DNA of 64,000 nucleotides from an uncultured Planctomycetales bacterium (GTDB lineage Bacteria; Omnitrophota; Gorgyraeia; Zapsychrales; JANLHA01): NCBI GenBank assembly GCA_964374105.1, contig CAYJXI010000006.1, positions 2,177 to 66,176 of the forward strand, read 5' to 3'. Shown piece by piece: positions 32,200 to 41,289 of this stretch (position 1 is its first letter; each line of letters starts with the position of its first letter). The notes under the pieces were generated by a model. It saw only the letters and a program-made list of their open reading frames with translations, ran no database searches and was not told where the DNA came from. The position numbers and the translations under genes were made by a program.

Positions 32200-33240
32200 A
32201 TGTTAAAACTATTTTTCAAGTGTTTGATATTTGCTTTCATTTTTATTTTAGGAATTTCCGTATTTGCGCCGAGTGGGTTGGCCGAACAGGTTTATGTTGG
32301 GAATGATCCCAATAAGGTGGGAATCGTTAATCAACATCCTTTGGCTCGCGGGGAGGCGCTCTACGATACACAGCCCAACGCCACCGGGCGCTACAATCGG
32401 CTGGTTGATGCCGATACAGTTAATCCCGCCCGCCGGTATGATGCCCTTCCCGAATATTACAACGATACTGATCAAAAGAGTTTGAATTTAAGCCTTATCA
32501 ACGGGGCTTGGTATTGTGCACCAACTTCCGCTCTTTCCCTCGTTAAATACTGGGACAGCGATCCGCGGTTTCCCAACCTTTTTGATCCCGGACAAGGGGA
32601 TACGGATCGAAGTGTGCTTCTCGAAATGTCAGATTTAATGGACACTGATGATGTGATTGATAAGGGCGGCAATGATGCCCAGGAAAGACACCTGGGAACT
32701 GTATTGAAAGATGTTCGTCCGGCCATCGCCGATTATTTTAATGCCCGATATCCTAACCTTTTTACCGTGGGAGAGAGACTTCTCGGGCATAATGGAGTGA
32801 CTGTAGACAACATGGGATATGATACCGCCGTCAGAAGAAATATCCCCACTGTTTTATTATTCACCGGTCATATGGGAGTGGGTATTGGTTTTGACACCGC
32901 CTTTGGCCGCATGGACCCAAGACATTACCGGATCAATGATCCTTTTTTTGGTTCGCATAATATTGGTTTGGATCAGTTAAATCAAGGGAAGTTCTTACCC
33001 AGGGGAGCAACTGGTGTCTACGGGATTTCGTATGCCGAAGAACTCTATGGACCCGGCGCGGCGGAATATGATGAGACCCTCTATGGATTATCGGAAGACG
33101 CCCTTGCGCATGGGATGTTATGGGTCCTGCCAATTGAAGATCCTGATTTACCGCAACCAGTCCCCGAACCCGCTAGCCTTTTGCTTGTGACCTCGGGGTT
33201 GGCTGCTTTTTGGGGTGTGCAAAAAATAAGACGTAAGTAG
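32200..33240 (+). CDS. Secreted protein with a C-terminal PEP-CTERM sorting signal (putative exosortase substrate)
   Basis: N-terminal signal peptide. The C-terminus reads VPEPASLLLVTSGLAAFWGVQKIRRK: a PEP motif, a hydrophobic helix and a basic tail. Confidence 0.65.
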   Translation: MLKLFFKCLIFAFIFILGISVFAPSGLAEQVYVGNDPNKVGIVNQHPLARGEALYDTQPNATGRYNRLVDADTVNPARRYDALPEYYNDTDQKSLNLSLINGAWYCAPTSALSLVKYWDSDPRFPNLFDPGQGDTDRSVLLEMSDLMDTDDVIDKGGNDAQERHLGTVLKDVRPAIADYFNARYPNLFTVGERLLGHNGVTVDNMGYDTAVRRNIPTVLLFTGHMGVGIGFDTAFGRMDPRHYRINDPFFGSHNIGLDQLNQGKFLPRGATGVYGISYAEELYGPGAAEYDETLYGLSEDALAHGMLWVLPIEDPDLPQPVPEPASLLLVTSGLAAFWGVQKIRRK

Positions 33241-33356
33241 CTTAAGGCGGGTATCTCAGCGAGGGGTACTCATCATCACCACATTTAACTTGCCCCTTGG
33301 TAGCCAGGAAACGGATGTTCCCTTTTTTTCATCGTTAGATTAAACCAGTAATTAAA

Positions 33357-35483
33357 ATGAAAATAAAATGGCTCATTATTATGGGTTTTGGGGTCTTTTG
33401 CGTTATGGGGAACACAACGCTAGTTTTCGCACAGCAAGCAGAGGCTTTGTTTCAAACGATCTCAGATACCGCTCTTAAAGATTCAAGGTGGAAAATCTTT
33501 GTGGATGAGTTTGGAGATTTTTTTGGATCAACCCATAGTGATGGAACAGCCGAAAACCTATATATGAGTATTGCAGCGTATCAGCTGAGCAATGTCCCTG
33601 TTGATCAGCAAAACGCAAAAGATGTCGTCAGACTTTTTATTGATGAACTTTTCTCTCAAGGGTTGATCCATTATCCTTCCTCAAGGCTTGTTGCTAAGGT
33701 GACTTCTATCTCCCAAGACCCTCATTCATCCGTTCAATGGGTAACGGTATTATTGCAATTACAATCCTATAATGGAATACCTGTTGAAGGGAATAATTTG
33801 ATTGTTTCAACATTTGATATTTCCAATCAAAGGATGGTGGATTTTGCCAATTTGACCAAGCCCCTTGCACTGGAGCCTGCATCTAAGCCTATTACTCCTC
33901 AAACCGCGATGAAGATAGCTCAACTATATTTGCCTTCCGAAAGATTACGATTAAGAGCAGAAATTCCTACCTTGGTTTATTTTTGCGGTAAGGAAGTATG
34001 CCAGCGGGCTTATAAGATTCGTTCCGATATCGATTTTACTAAGGTCAACAGCTTAAGGAAGTCCATAGATGAATGTGATCAAGCGCCCTTGATTTACATT
34101 GATCTTAAAGGAAATCTGCTCGACATGAGGGAAACAATTTACTGCGCTGAAATCTCTGGGTGGGTGATGGGAGATATTTATCATAACCCCCGTTTTTTGG
34201 ATTTTAGCCGTAAAGAGGGACAGATCAATGAACCTTTCTCGGATCTTAAAATTAAAATTTGGTTGAATGAGAAGGAATCGAGCGAGGTTCTCACTGATGA
34301 GTTCGGACAATTTTCTTTAAGAGACGTTCCAAGTGTGCAAGCGGTGGAAGCGGTAATGTCAGGTTCTCGCATGAGTGTTTCAAATTATGATGATCAAATA
34401 TTGACCCGTTATTTTCAGCAGGTTAATAACGGCGCTTTCGTCCAGTGGAACTGGGGATATGAAGATCCAACAGTCGATTATGACCCATCGTATCAAGAAG
34501 AAGAGTCCAATGTTTATTACCATGTGAATCGGATCTATTCCTATTTTGAAACTCTGGTTGGAGAGGGGCAAAACCTTGAGTCTCTTAGTGCCATTGTGAA
34601 TCATCCTTTTTCTTGCGATGCTTCTTACGATCCTAGCATCCATACGATGCGTTTTTTCCAAGCGGGGACCGAAACCGTTGATCCCGGAGACCAGTTTACC
34701 TGCGACAGCACCGCCTTAAGTCCGGATGTGATCTATCATGAATTTGGACACTTCATTGTCAGCAGTCTTGTGTTTCCATTTAACGGTTTAAGGGATATGA
34801 ACAATGGCATCCCCGATTATTGGGCTGCCACTGTAACAGATGACCCTTGCATTGCTGAGCATTTCTGGATGCGTACCGATAGGAACGGAAATCAGGAATT
34901 GATCGATTGCCGCCGTCGGCTTGATTCGGATATTCGTTTTTCCCAGGTGGCAGAGCTCGGCGGCCATAATAAGGGGGTGGTCCTGGCCAGTCTCCTGTGG
35001 GATATTCGTCAAGTTTTAGGTCCGGAATTGACGGATGCCCTCGTTGTCAACGCCCTTAGGTTACAACCGAATTCCTATATTGATTTTGTGCATAAATTGC
35101 TTCTGGCTGATGATAAGGATGGCAATTTAAATAACAGGACCCCCCATATGGAAACGATTTGTAAAAAAGCCAGCTTTCGGGAATTAGTGCCGATCAGTTG
35201 TCAAGACATTTTAAATCCTCTTCATTTTCTGCGCGGTGATGCAAACGACGATGGCGAGGTAGCTATCAGTGATGCGATCTTTTTGCTCCAGTTTCTCTTT
35301 CTTGGAGGGCCATCTCCTCAATGTCAAGATGCCGCTGACATAAACGATGATGGTCGGCTGGATATCTCGGATGCTATTTTCACACTCGAGTTTCTTTTTT
35401 TGCCGCAGGGGAGAATCATTCCCGCCCCTTTTCCGCTACCAGGCCCGGATCCAACGGCTGATGGCTTGGCGTGTAAGGAATGA
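33357..35483 (+). CDS. Secreted HExxH zinc metalloprotease (clan MA-like) with a C-terminal dockerin (type-I-like duplicated Ca-binding segment)
   Basis: Signal peptide, then VIYHEFGHFIVSSL (HExxH). The C-terminus reads LRGDANDDGEVAISDAIFLLQFLF...CQDAADINDDGRLDISDAIFTLEFLF: two D-x-N-x-D-G-x-(V/L)-x-I-S-D repeats. Confidence 0.65.
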   Translation: MKIKWLIIMGFGVFCVMGNTTLVFAQQAEALFQTISDTALKDSRWKIFVDEFGDFFGSTHSDGTAENLYMSIAAYQLSNVPVDQQNAKDVVRLFIDELFSQGLIHYPSSRLVAKVTSISQDPHSSVQWVTVLLQLQSYNGIPVEGNNLIVSTFDISNQRMVDFANLTKPLALEPASKPITPQTAMKIAQLYLPSERLRLRAEIPTLVYFCGKEVCQRAYKIRSDIDFTKVNSLRKSIDECDQAPLIYIDLKGNLLDMRETIYCAEISGWVMGDIYHNPRFLDFSRKEGQINEPFSDLKIKIWLNEKESSEVLTDEFGQFSLRDVPSVQAVEAVMSGSRMSVSNYDDQILTRYFQQVNNGAFVQWNWGYEDPTVDYDPSYQEEESNVYYHVNRIYSYFETLVGEGQNLESLSAIVNHPFSCDASYDPSIHTMRFFQAGTETVDPGDQFTCDSTALSPDVIYHEFGHFIVSSLVFPFNGLRDMNNGIPDYWAATVTDDPCIAEHFWMRTDRNGNQELIDCRRRLDSDIRFSQVAELGGHNKGVVLASLLWDIRQVLGPELTDALVVNALRLQPNSYIDFVHKLLLADDKDGNLNNRTPHMETICKKASFRELVPISCQDILNPLHFLRGDANDDGEVAISDAIFLLQFLFLGGPSPQCQDAADINDDGRLDISDAIFTLEFLFLPQGRIIPAPFPLPGPDPTADGLACKE

Positions 35484-35559
35484 GTACTGAGAAATAGTTT
35501 AAGTAGAGAGTTAGTTTTACCCAAGGTTTTGAGCAAAGTTGTGTCTGTCCTACTGTAGT

Positions 35560-37800
35560 TTAGAACTGAGGATAATAATCGCACGTTAAATCGCCAGAAC
35601 TTGGATCAGGACCCAAGTCAGGGAAAGGGGCGCTTAAGGGTGGGCTTGATGAAACAAACAGATAGAGTAGCAGACGAACCGCATCCGAAATATCTAGGGT
35701 ATCATCATCATTTGCATCCGCCGCATCCAGACAAGAAGGTCTGCTCCCATTTCGGAAAAGATACTGGAGAATAAAGATGGGATCCGCCAGATTGACTTTC
35801 TTATCCGTATTCGCGTCTCCTCTTAGAAAATGAGTGAGTTCTCTCGGTGATAGTTCTTCCGTTACAACTAAGGTTTTAGACCCGCCATTTAACACCGTTG
35901 CCTGAAAAGACACCCTTGTGGTTCCTTTCGGAACAAAAATCACTGGATGAATCCTTACATCGTATTGCGGGAAAGTCGGGTGTCCATCAGAAACCGCGGT
36001 GAAAACACCCAGAGATTGGGGATTATTCAAATTGATACAAGTATTTGCGAAAGCGGGGCCGGTTCCTTCTCCTTCAAAACTGTAAAAAAACTCCACTTGA
36101 TCCGATGCTCGTAAATTAATGACATGTAACTCTCCTGTAATTCTTTGTTCTCTTATGGTTTCAAAATCAAAGGTGTACAAGAAGCTAGGTGCGAGGCTAC
36201 AACCATCAGGAATGGCATTATTATCCTGATCCAGATTGGGATTATCTAAAATTTCCGTGATATCCTGTTCGGCATTGCAGTTACAATCTATAAAGGGAGT
36301 TCGATAGACCAATTTTAAGGAATCCAAATCAATTTGATTAACGTTTCTATCCTGATTAATGTCTGAGATGGCACAGGGATGATCGGGATCATAATCCTGT
36401 TTTTGTTGCTGATAACAATTCCGAAAGGCATTGAAGTTCTCAAGATCAATGACGTTGTTATTATCGGGATCAAATTCGCGGCGACCCAAAGACTTTAGAA
36501 AGGCCAAAAGATCATTCTTTTGCTCCGCTGATAGTTTGGCATACTGCTGGGCGGAAGACTGGGCTTCACTTCCGGGCATGCCATGCGCCATAATAGTCTC
36601 ATCCAGTGCGACATCAATCAGTTCTGGTTGAAATCCTGGAACAAGGCCTGTGCCAAATCTTCCATCGTGCAGAAATCGCGAGTGGTGAATGAGTCCCCAA
36701 AGAGGGGGAGTTTTGATTTGGGTTGGATGAGCATCCCCCTGCTGGATCCCATCCCCAAGTTCTCCCATATCATGTAATAGAAAATCAGAATAGACTTTGA
36801 TTTGTTTTTCGTTTAAAATAGGCAAATTTTCATTTTTAGAGGTTGTGAAAAATGGGATGTGACAACTGGCACACCCAAGATTGATAAAAATTTGTTCCCC
36901 GCGCATGCCAAATTTGGGAGTCTGGGGAGGCGGGGCCAAAAAAAGCATGAAATCCCTTAATTGATCGATGATACGAATCCCTTCGGGATTGGGTCTGTCA
37001 TCCGGATCAGGGACACCATCATCACATGGCAATTGCCCATCGGAGGCGGAAGCAGGAGCGTTAGGCCGTTGTTCTTCTACTAGAAGCTCATTGGAAATGC
37101 CTCCTTCGTTGTTTAAAGCATCGGCCGAAAAAGAAAGAAGGGTGGGCATCTGGGCTTTCCATCCAAATCGCCCCACCCGCAACGGACTTCCCGGCAAATC
37201 TTCGAGAGCTCTCACCATGTGAGGAGTTCCTCGGATCCCATCTTTGTTATTGTCTTCTGGATCCGCATTCCTTAATAAAGCTTCATCAGCAATAGCCTCA
37301 ATGAGCCCGCTACCAAATGTTATTGGCGTATTGCGGTTCGTTTGAACATTGGCTTCTGTAGGCACTCTTTCACGGCAAGGATCAGTGGGAGTAAATAGAG
37401 CTGTGCTTGCTTGTAAAAGTGATCCACCCCGATCTTCTAAGGGATTAAAGGTCCCGTCATCTTCTTTTTTACCAAATCGAATAACCATCGGGACAGTGGT
37501 ACCTGATGGGAAGTGGCTTCCTCCTACTTCTGGAACAGAATGACAGGTCCTGCAACTGGATTGATTAAAAATAGGGCCTAACCCTTCCTCCGGGACAAAA
37601 GGTTTACCAAAAACCTCTTTACCTTCTTCAAATCTCTGTAATTGTTCGGGTGTTAATCCAGGCAATGGTTCTCCTACCGTAGGTTGAGGCAAAACGGCTT
37701 GGGGATTTTCATTTTGGGCATCTATGGGAGAAGCATATAGAAAAGGAAGGGCAACACTGGCTAGCAAACAAATGGTACATGAAGAATAAAAATTTTTCAT
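35560..37800 (-). CDS. Di-haem cytochrome c peroxidase-like / DUF1111-type oxidoreductase with a C-terminal dockerin
   Basis: Signal peptide. Two CxxCH haem-binding motifs (SCRTCHS, GCASCHIP). The C-terminus reads LRGDANTDKKVNLADPIFILQYLF...SCLDAADANDDDTLDISDAVRLLLYLF, a dockerin duplicated segment. Confidence 0.6.
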   Translation of the reverse strand: MKNFYSSCTICLLASVALPFLYASPIDAQNENPQAVLPQPTVGEPLPGLTPEQLQRFEEGKEVFGKPFVPEEGLGPIFNQSSCRTCHSVPEVGGSHFPSGTTVPMVIRFGKKEDDGTFNPLEDRGGSLLQASTALFTPTDPCRERVPTEANVQTNRNTPITFGSGLIEAIADEALLRNADPEDNNKDGIRGTPHMVRALEDLPGSPLRVGRFGWKAQMPTLLSFSADALNNEGGISNELLVEEQRPNAPASASDGQLPCDDGVPDPDDRPNPEGIRIIDQLRDFMLFLAPPPQTPKFGMRGEQIFINLGCASCHIPFFTTSKNENLPILNEKQIKVYSDFLLHDMGELGDGIQQGDAHPTQIKTPPLWGLIHHSRFLHDGRFGTGLVPGFQPELIDVALDETIMAHGMPGSEAQSSAQQYAKLSAEQKNDLLAFLKSLGRREFDPDNNNVIDLENFNAFRNCYQQQKQDYDPDHPCAISDINQDRNVNQIDLDSLKLVYRTPFIDCNCNAEQDITEILDNPNLDQDNNAIPDGCSLAPSFLYTFDFETIREQRITGELHVINLRASDQVEFFYSFEGEGTGPAFANTCINLNNPQSLGVFTAVSDGHPTFPQYDVRIHPVIFVPKGTTRVSFQATVLNGGSKTLVVTEELSPRELTHFLRGDANTDKKVNLADPIFILQYLFRNGSRPSCLDAADANDDDTLDISDAVRLLLYLFVSSSPPLSAPFPDLGPDPSSGDLTCDYYPQF

Positions 37801-38034
37801 GCTTTCAGAGTTACCTATTTATCTTTAATGACGTGTTAAAATTTTAAAGCTTTTAGTATAAGTATATCAGGAGAAAAAGAGAAAAGAGCAAATCTTCTAA
37901 AATTTCTCAAGAAAATGCACTGTCTTTGGTTTTTTGTTTCTTTCTCTACTCTTCGTACTTTTTTCTAGATGTAGTAATTATTTAATTGGTTCGGGATGGG
38001 AAAGATTCCAGAAGACACAAAGGGGATTCAGGGA

Positions 38035-38367
38035 TCACAATGAAGCGATCGCCTCTTCTTGCGTTTGATAAATTGACATGAGCATATCAATCTTCGTAAT
38101 CTCAAAGAGATAATTAATCTTATCGAGGAGATTGGCTAAGGCCATGGCGCCTTTATTTTGTCTTAATTTCTGAATCATATAGATTAAGGCGGCCAGGCCA
38201 GAGCTGTCCACATACGTGACCTTTTCAAAATCGATCACCATTTTCCTCACTCCCTGGGCATACAATTTATCAAATTTAAGGCGCAGCTTAGGCGAAGTAT
38301 GAACATCGATCTGACCATCGACAGTGAGGACGGTGACTCCTTTTTTTTCAAATTTCCGAATTTGCAT
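38035..38367 (-). CDS. STAS-domain anti-sigma-factor antagonist (SpoIIAA-like)
   Basis: 110 aa. GVTVLTVDGQIDVHTSPKL...MVIDFEKVTYVDSSGLAALI is the STAS signature, including the phosphorylatable Ser in DSSG. Confidence 0.7.
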   Translation of the reverse strand: MQIRKFEKKGVTVLTVDGQIDVHTSPKLRLKFDKLYAQGVRKMVIDFEKVTYVDSSGLAALIYMIQKLRQNKGAMALANLLDKINYLFEITKIDMLMSIYQTQEEAIASL

Positions 38368-38598
38368 TTTTATCTCCTTTAATGATCTCTTTAATTTTAG
38401 GCAAAGGTGCAGTCAATTTATGTTCACATTGTATACAAAATTCCTTATAATGGCAATAAACGATTTCTGGAAGGACCAGGGGAAGAAGAAGCGGGCAAGA
38501 GAGGTCCTTTTCTAGAGTATATAACTGCTAGAGTCGTCCCAATGAAAATCGGACTGTAGGTTTTTGAACTCACTTTTCTTTAAGAAGGATTTTTAAAC

Positions 38599-39357
38599 AT
38601 GGGCAATTTTGATATTCTGCTCTTCGTTATTTTGACTCTTATTGTGGTGGGGGGTTTTATTTTTGCCATCTTTCAATTCGTTACTCCTTTGGTGGGTATC
38701 TTTAAGATGTACAAGCAGAGCCAGCAACAGCAGGGTCCCGAAGTTGAGAAGTCCTTCAGTCCTAAAACCCTTTGTTCATGGAAAGAGTATGAGGAAACAG
38801 TGGATGGCTTGACCATTCGTTACCGCTGGGCTGGCGGCGATCACGGGCCGGGATATTTTTTGTGGAAGATTCCTTTTTATGCAAATGGGGAATTTTTTAT
38901 TAGCAGAAAATTTCCTGCCATGGGTCTTTTTCAAAGATTGGGAGTAGGGAAGACCGTTCAAATCGGTGATGTAGAATTTGACGAAAAGTTTTCGGTTCAA
39001 TCGCCCAATCCGGATTTTGTTCGAAGTTTCTTCCTTTCCTCCGAGAAAAAAGAGGCCATCAAAAAACTTTTTTCCATGGGATTTTATGATCTTAAGGTCA
39101 ACAAGGGGATTTTAGAAATCAAGATTTTTACGACCTTCGGTTACGGATATGATCCGGCAATTCCTCGGGAAATTGTCGATCAGCATTTGCAGGTATTGGG
39201 GGAACACCTTCAGAATCCCGTTAACCTTTTTAAATTGTTGGGTAGGACTAGTCAAGAATTCCGGCTAGCCAGTGCTGAGGATCTCAAAAAGATGTCAGAA
39301 CAAAGAGAAGAGTTCCTTAAGGATGCTGTAAGCAACTTAAGGATTCTCATGGCGTAA
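38599..39357 (+). CDS. Hypothetical membrane-anchored protein
   Basis: N-terminal transmembrane segment. No domain assignable. Confidence 0.4.
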   Translation: MGNFDILLFVILTLIVVGGFIFAIFQFVTPLVGIFKMYKQSQQQQGPEVEKSFSPKTLCSWKEYEETVDGLTIRYRWAGGDHGPGYFLWKIPFYANGEFFISRKFPAMGLFQRLGVGKTVQIGDVEFDEKFSVQSPNPDFVRSFFLSSEKKEAIKKLFSMGFYDLKVNKGILEIKIFTTFGYGYDPAIPREIVDQHLQVLGEHLQNPVNLFKLLGRTSQEFRLASAEDLKKMSEQREEFLKDAVSNLRILMA

Positions 39358-39397
39358 AGCAGGGATCGTCGTTCCTTACTTTTTCTACAAAGAGAGG

Positions 39398-40753
39398 ATG
39401 GGGGATATGCAAAAGAAAATTGGGATTTTTTTCTTTATTTCTCTTCTCTTGTGTCTTCCTGGCTGGACTGAGGAGGTCCTCATTGTTCATGAATGGGGAA
39501 CGTTTACGGCCATGCAGGATGAGTCTGGGAATGCCGTCGCCGGTATTAATACCGATGATGAACCTGTGCCTTCGTTTGTTTACAGGTTAGAGAAAATCCA
39601 TCTCATTCATAGGCTAGATGACCGCCCTACCCATTGGTTTCAGGGCGCTCCAGCATGCCATCGTGATGTGACCATGCGTTTGGAAACCCCGGTTGTTTAT
39701 TTTTATCCGCCTAAATCTAAAAAATTCAAAAATGAATTTGATGTCTCGGTCCAATTCAAAGGCGGATGGATCACTGAATATTTTCCGCAAGGGGAAACCG
39801 AGGCACCGGAATTTCCTTCCAGTCTTAAAACAACAACAGTTGGGAAACTCACCTGGAAATCCGTTCAAACAGGAGATTTCAAATCCAGCCAGGAAACAAA
39901 CGAACATGTTTGGATAACCCCCAGAAACGTCAAGGCCAAATCAATAAGCCTCCCCAACGGTGAGGCAGAAAAATATCTTTTTTATCGCGGGGTAGGGCAT
40001 TTGGATTCCCTGGTTAAGGTCACTAGAGATGCTGGAGATCAAAGTCTTTCTCTTGCGGGGAAATGGAATAAGGATATCCCTTTGACGATAGAATACTTGT
40101 GGCTGGTGGATATCCAGAAAGATGGGACGGCGGCCTTCAAAACGTTGGGTCCGGTGACATTCCATGAGGAACAGCAAGAAATCAAACTTCCTTCTCATTT
40201 TAAAACTGAAGATTTCAGTCAAAAAAATTTAAAACTTTTGCGCGACTCCATGCACAGTGCACTTGTCAAGTTAGGGCTTTACGAGGATGAGGCAACTGCG
40301 ATGCTGGATACGTGGGAACTTTCTTATTTTAAAAGTCATGGGCTACGGTTGTTTTATGTTGTCCCAACCGAGTGGGTGAATGAAACCCTGCCGTTTAAAA
40401 TTTCTGTCCCCAGCCAAATCACGCGGGTCATGCTGGGACGAATTGAGATTGTGACACCCAAGCAGCGTGAGATTCTAACCCGGATCGCCCAAGGACCTTT
40501 ACCCGATCTTGAGCCTCTAACCAAAGCCTATTATGATCAGTTTCCAAGGAATACACCCGAAAGAAATGAGCACCTTTTCACCATGTCTCTTTCCGAATTA
40601 TCCTCTGAGTTAGGGGTGGAAATCCCTGAAACTTATCAGGCCTATTTGGATTTGGGCCGATTCCGCGATGCCCTTGTTTTGGATGAACAAAGCAAACGCC
40701 CTTCCGAGAACCTGAAGGGGTTTATTGAGAAAAATAGAATAAGATTTTGGTAA
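39398..40753 (+). CDS. Hypothetical secreted protein
   Basis: Signal peptide MQKKIGIFFFISLLLCLPGWT. 451 aa with no recognisable domain. Confidence 0.4.
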   Translation: MGDMQKKIGIFFFISLLLCLPGWTEEVLIVHEWGTFTAMQDESGNAVAGINTDDEPVPSFVYRLEKIHLIHRLDDRPTHWFQGAPACHRDVTMRLETPVVYFYPPKSKKFKNEFDVSVQFKGGWITEYFPQGETEAPEFPSSLKTTTVGKLTWKSVQTGDFKSSQETNEHVWITPRNVKAKSISLPNGEAEKYLFYRGVGHLDSLVKVTRDAGDQSLSLAGKWNKDIPLTIEYLWLVDIQKDGTAAFKTLGPVTFHEEQQEIKLPSHFKTEDFSQKNLKLLRDSMHSALVKLGLYEDEATAMLDTWELSYFKSHGLRLFYVVPTEWVNETLPFKISVPSQITRVMLGRIEIVTPKQREILTRIAQGPLPDLEPLTKAYYDQFPRNTPERNEHLFTMSLSELSSELGVEIPETYQAYLDLGRFRDALVLDEQSKRPSENLKGFIEKNRIRFW

Positions 40754-41289
40754 TGGGATTAAAAATAAGAGGAATGAGTCCATAGCCCATTTTTGCGATA
40801 TTTTGAAACGTGAATGTGTCCTTATCATTTTCCTTATCATTTTCTTTATATGTCAGTATCGTTAATTTATGATATTATTTCATTGCTGGCCCAATTAGCG
40901 TTTTACCCAATTTCTGTCATTCCCGCGAAAGCGGGAATCCAGACAAGTCAATACCGTGGATGCCTGCTTTCGCAGGCATGGCAGCAAGGGTTGGAATTTA
41001 TGTTTCAAATAAGGTTTCTCATCTTATAATTAGATCGAATTTGGACATTAGTGAAGACGGAGAATAATAAGTCATGAAATCAAAAATTTTGCAAAAAGAT
41101 CATGAAGATATGATTAAGCTTCATAGGAAAATGAAGCCTGAGGAACGTCTGATGGCCTATTTTCACCATTCTCAATTGGTTCAGCAGTTTTATCAGGCTG
41201 GATTAACCTCTCGGAAAAGTCCTTCTAGCTCTCCAAAAAAAGCATGAAATCTAACGGTCCTGGACAATCGGCCCTTTTGTTGCTGGATG

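Noticed and set aside
40900-41000. Possible tRNA or tmRNA fragment at the GC-hairpin pair
   Set aside because: No cloverleaf can be drawn. There are no T-loop GTTCRA or D-loop consensus elements. The structure is two independent simple hairpins.
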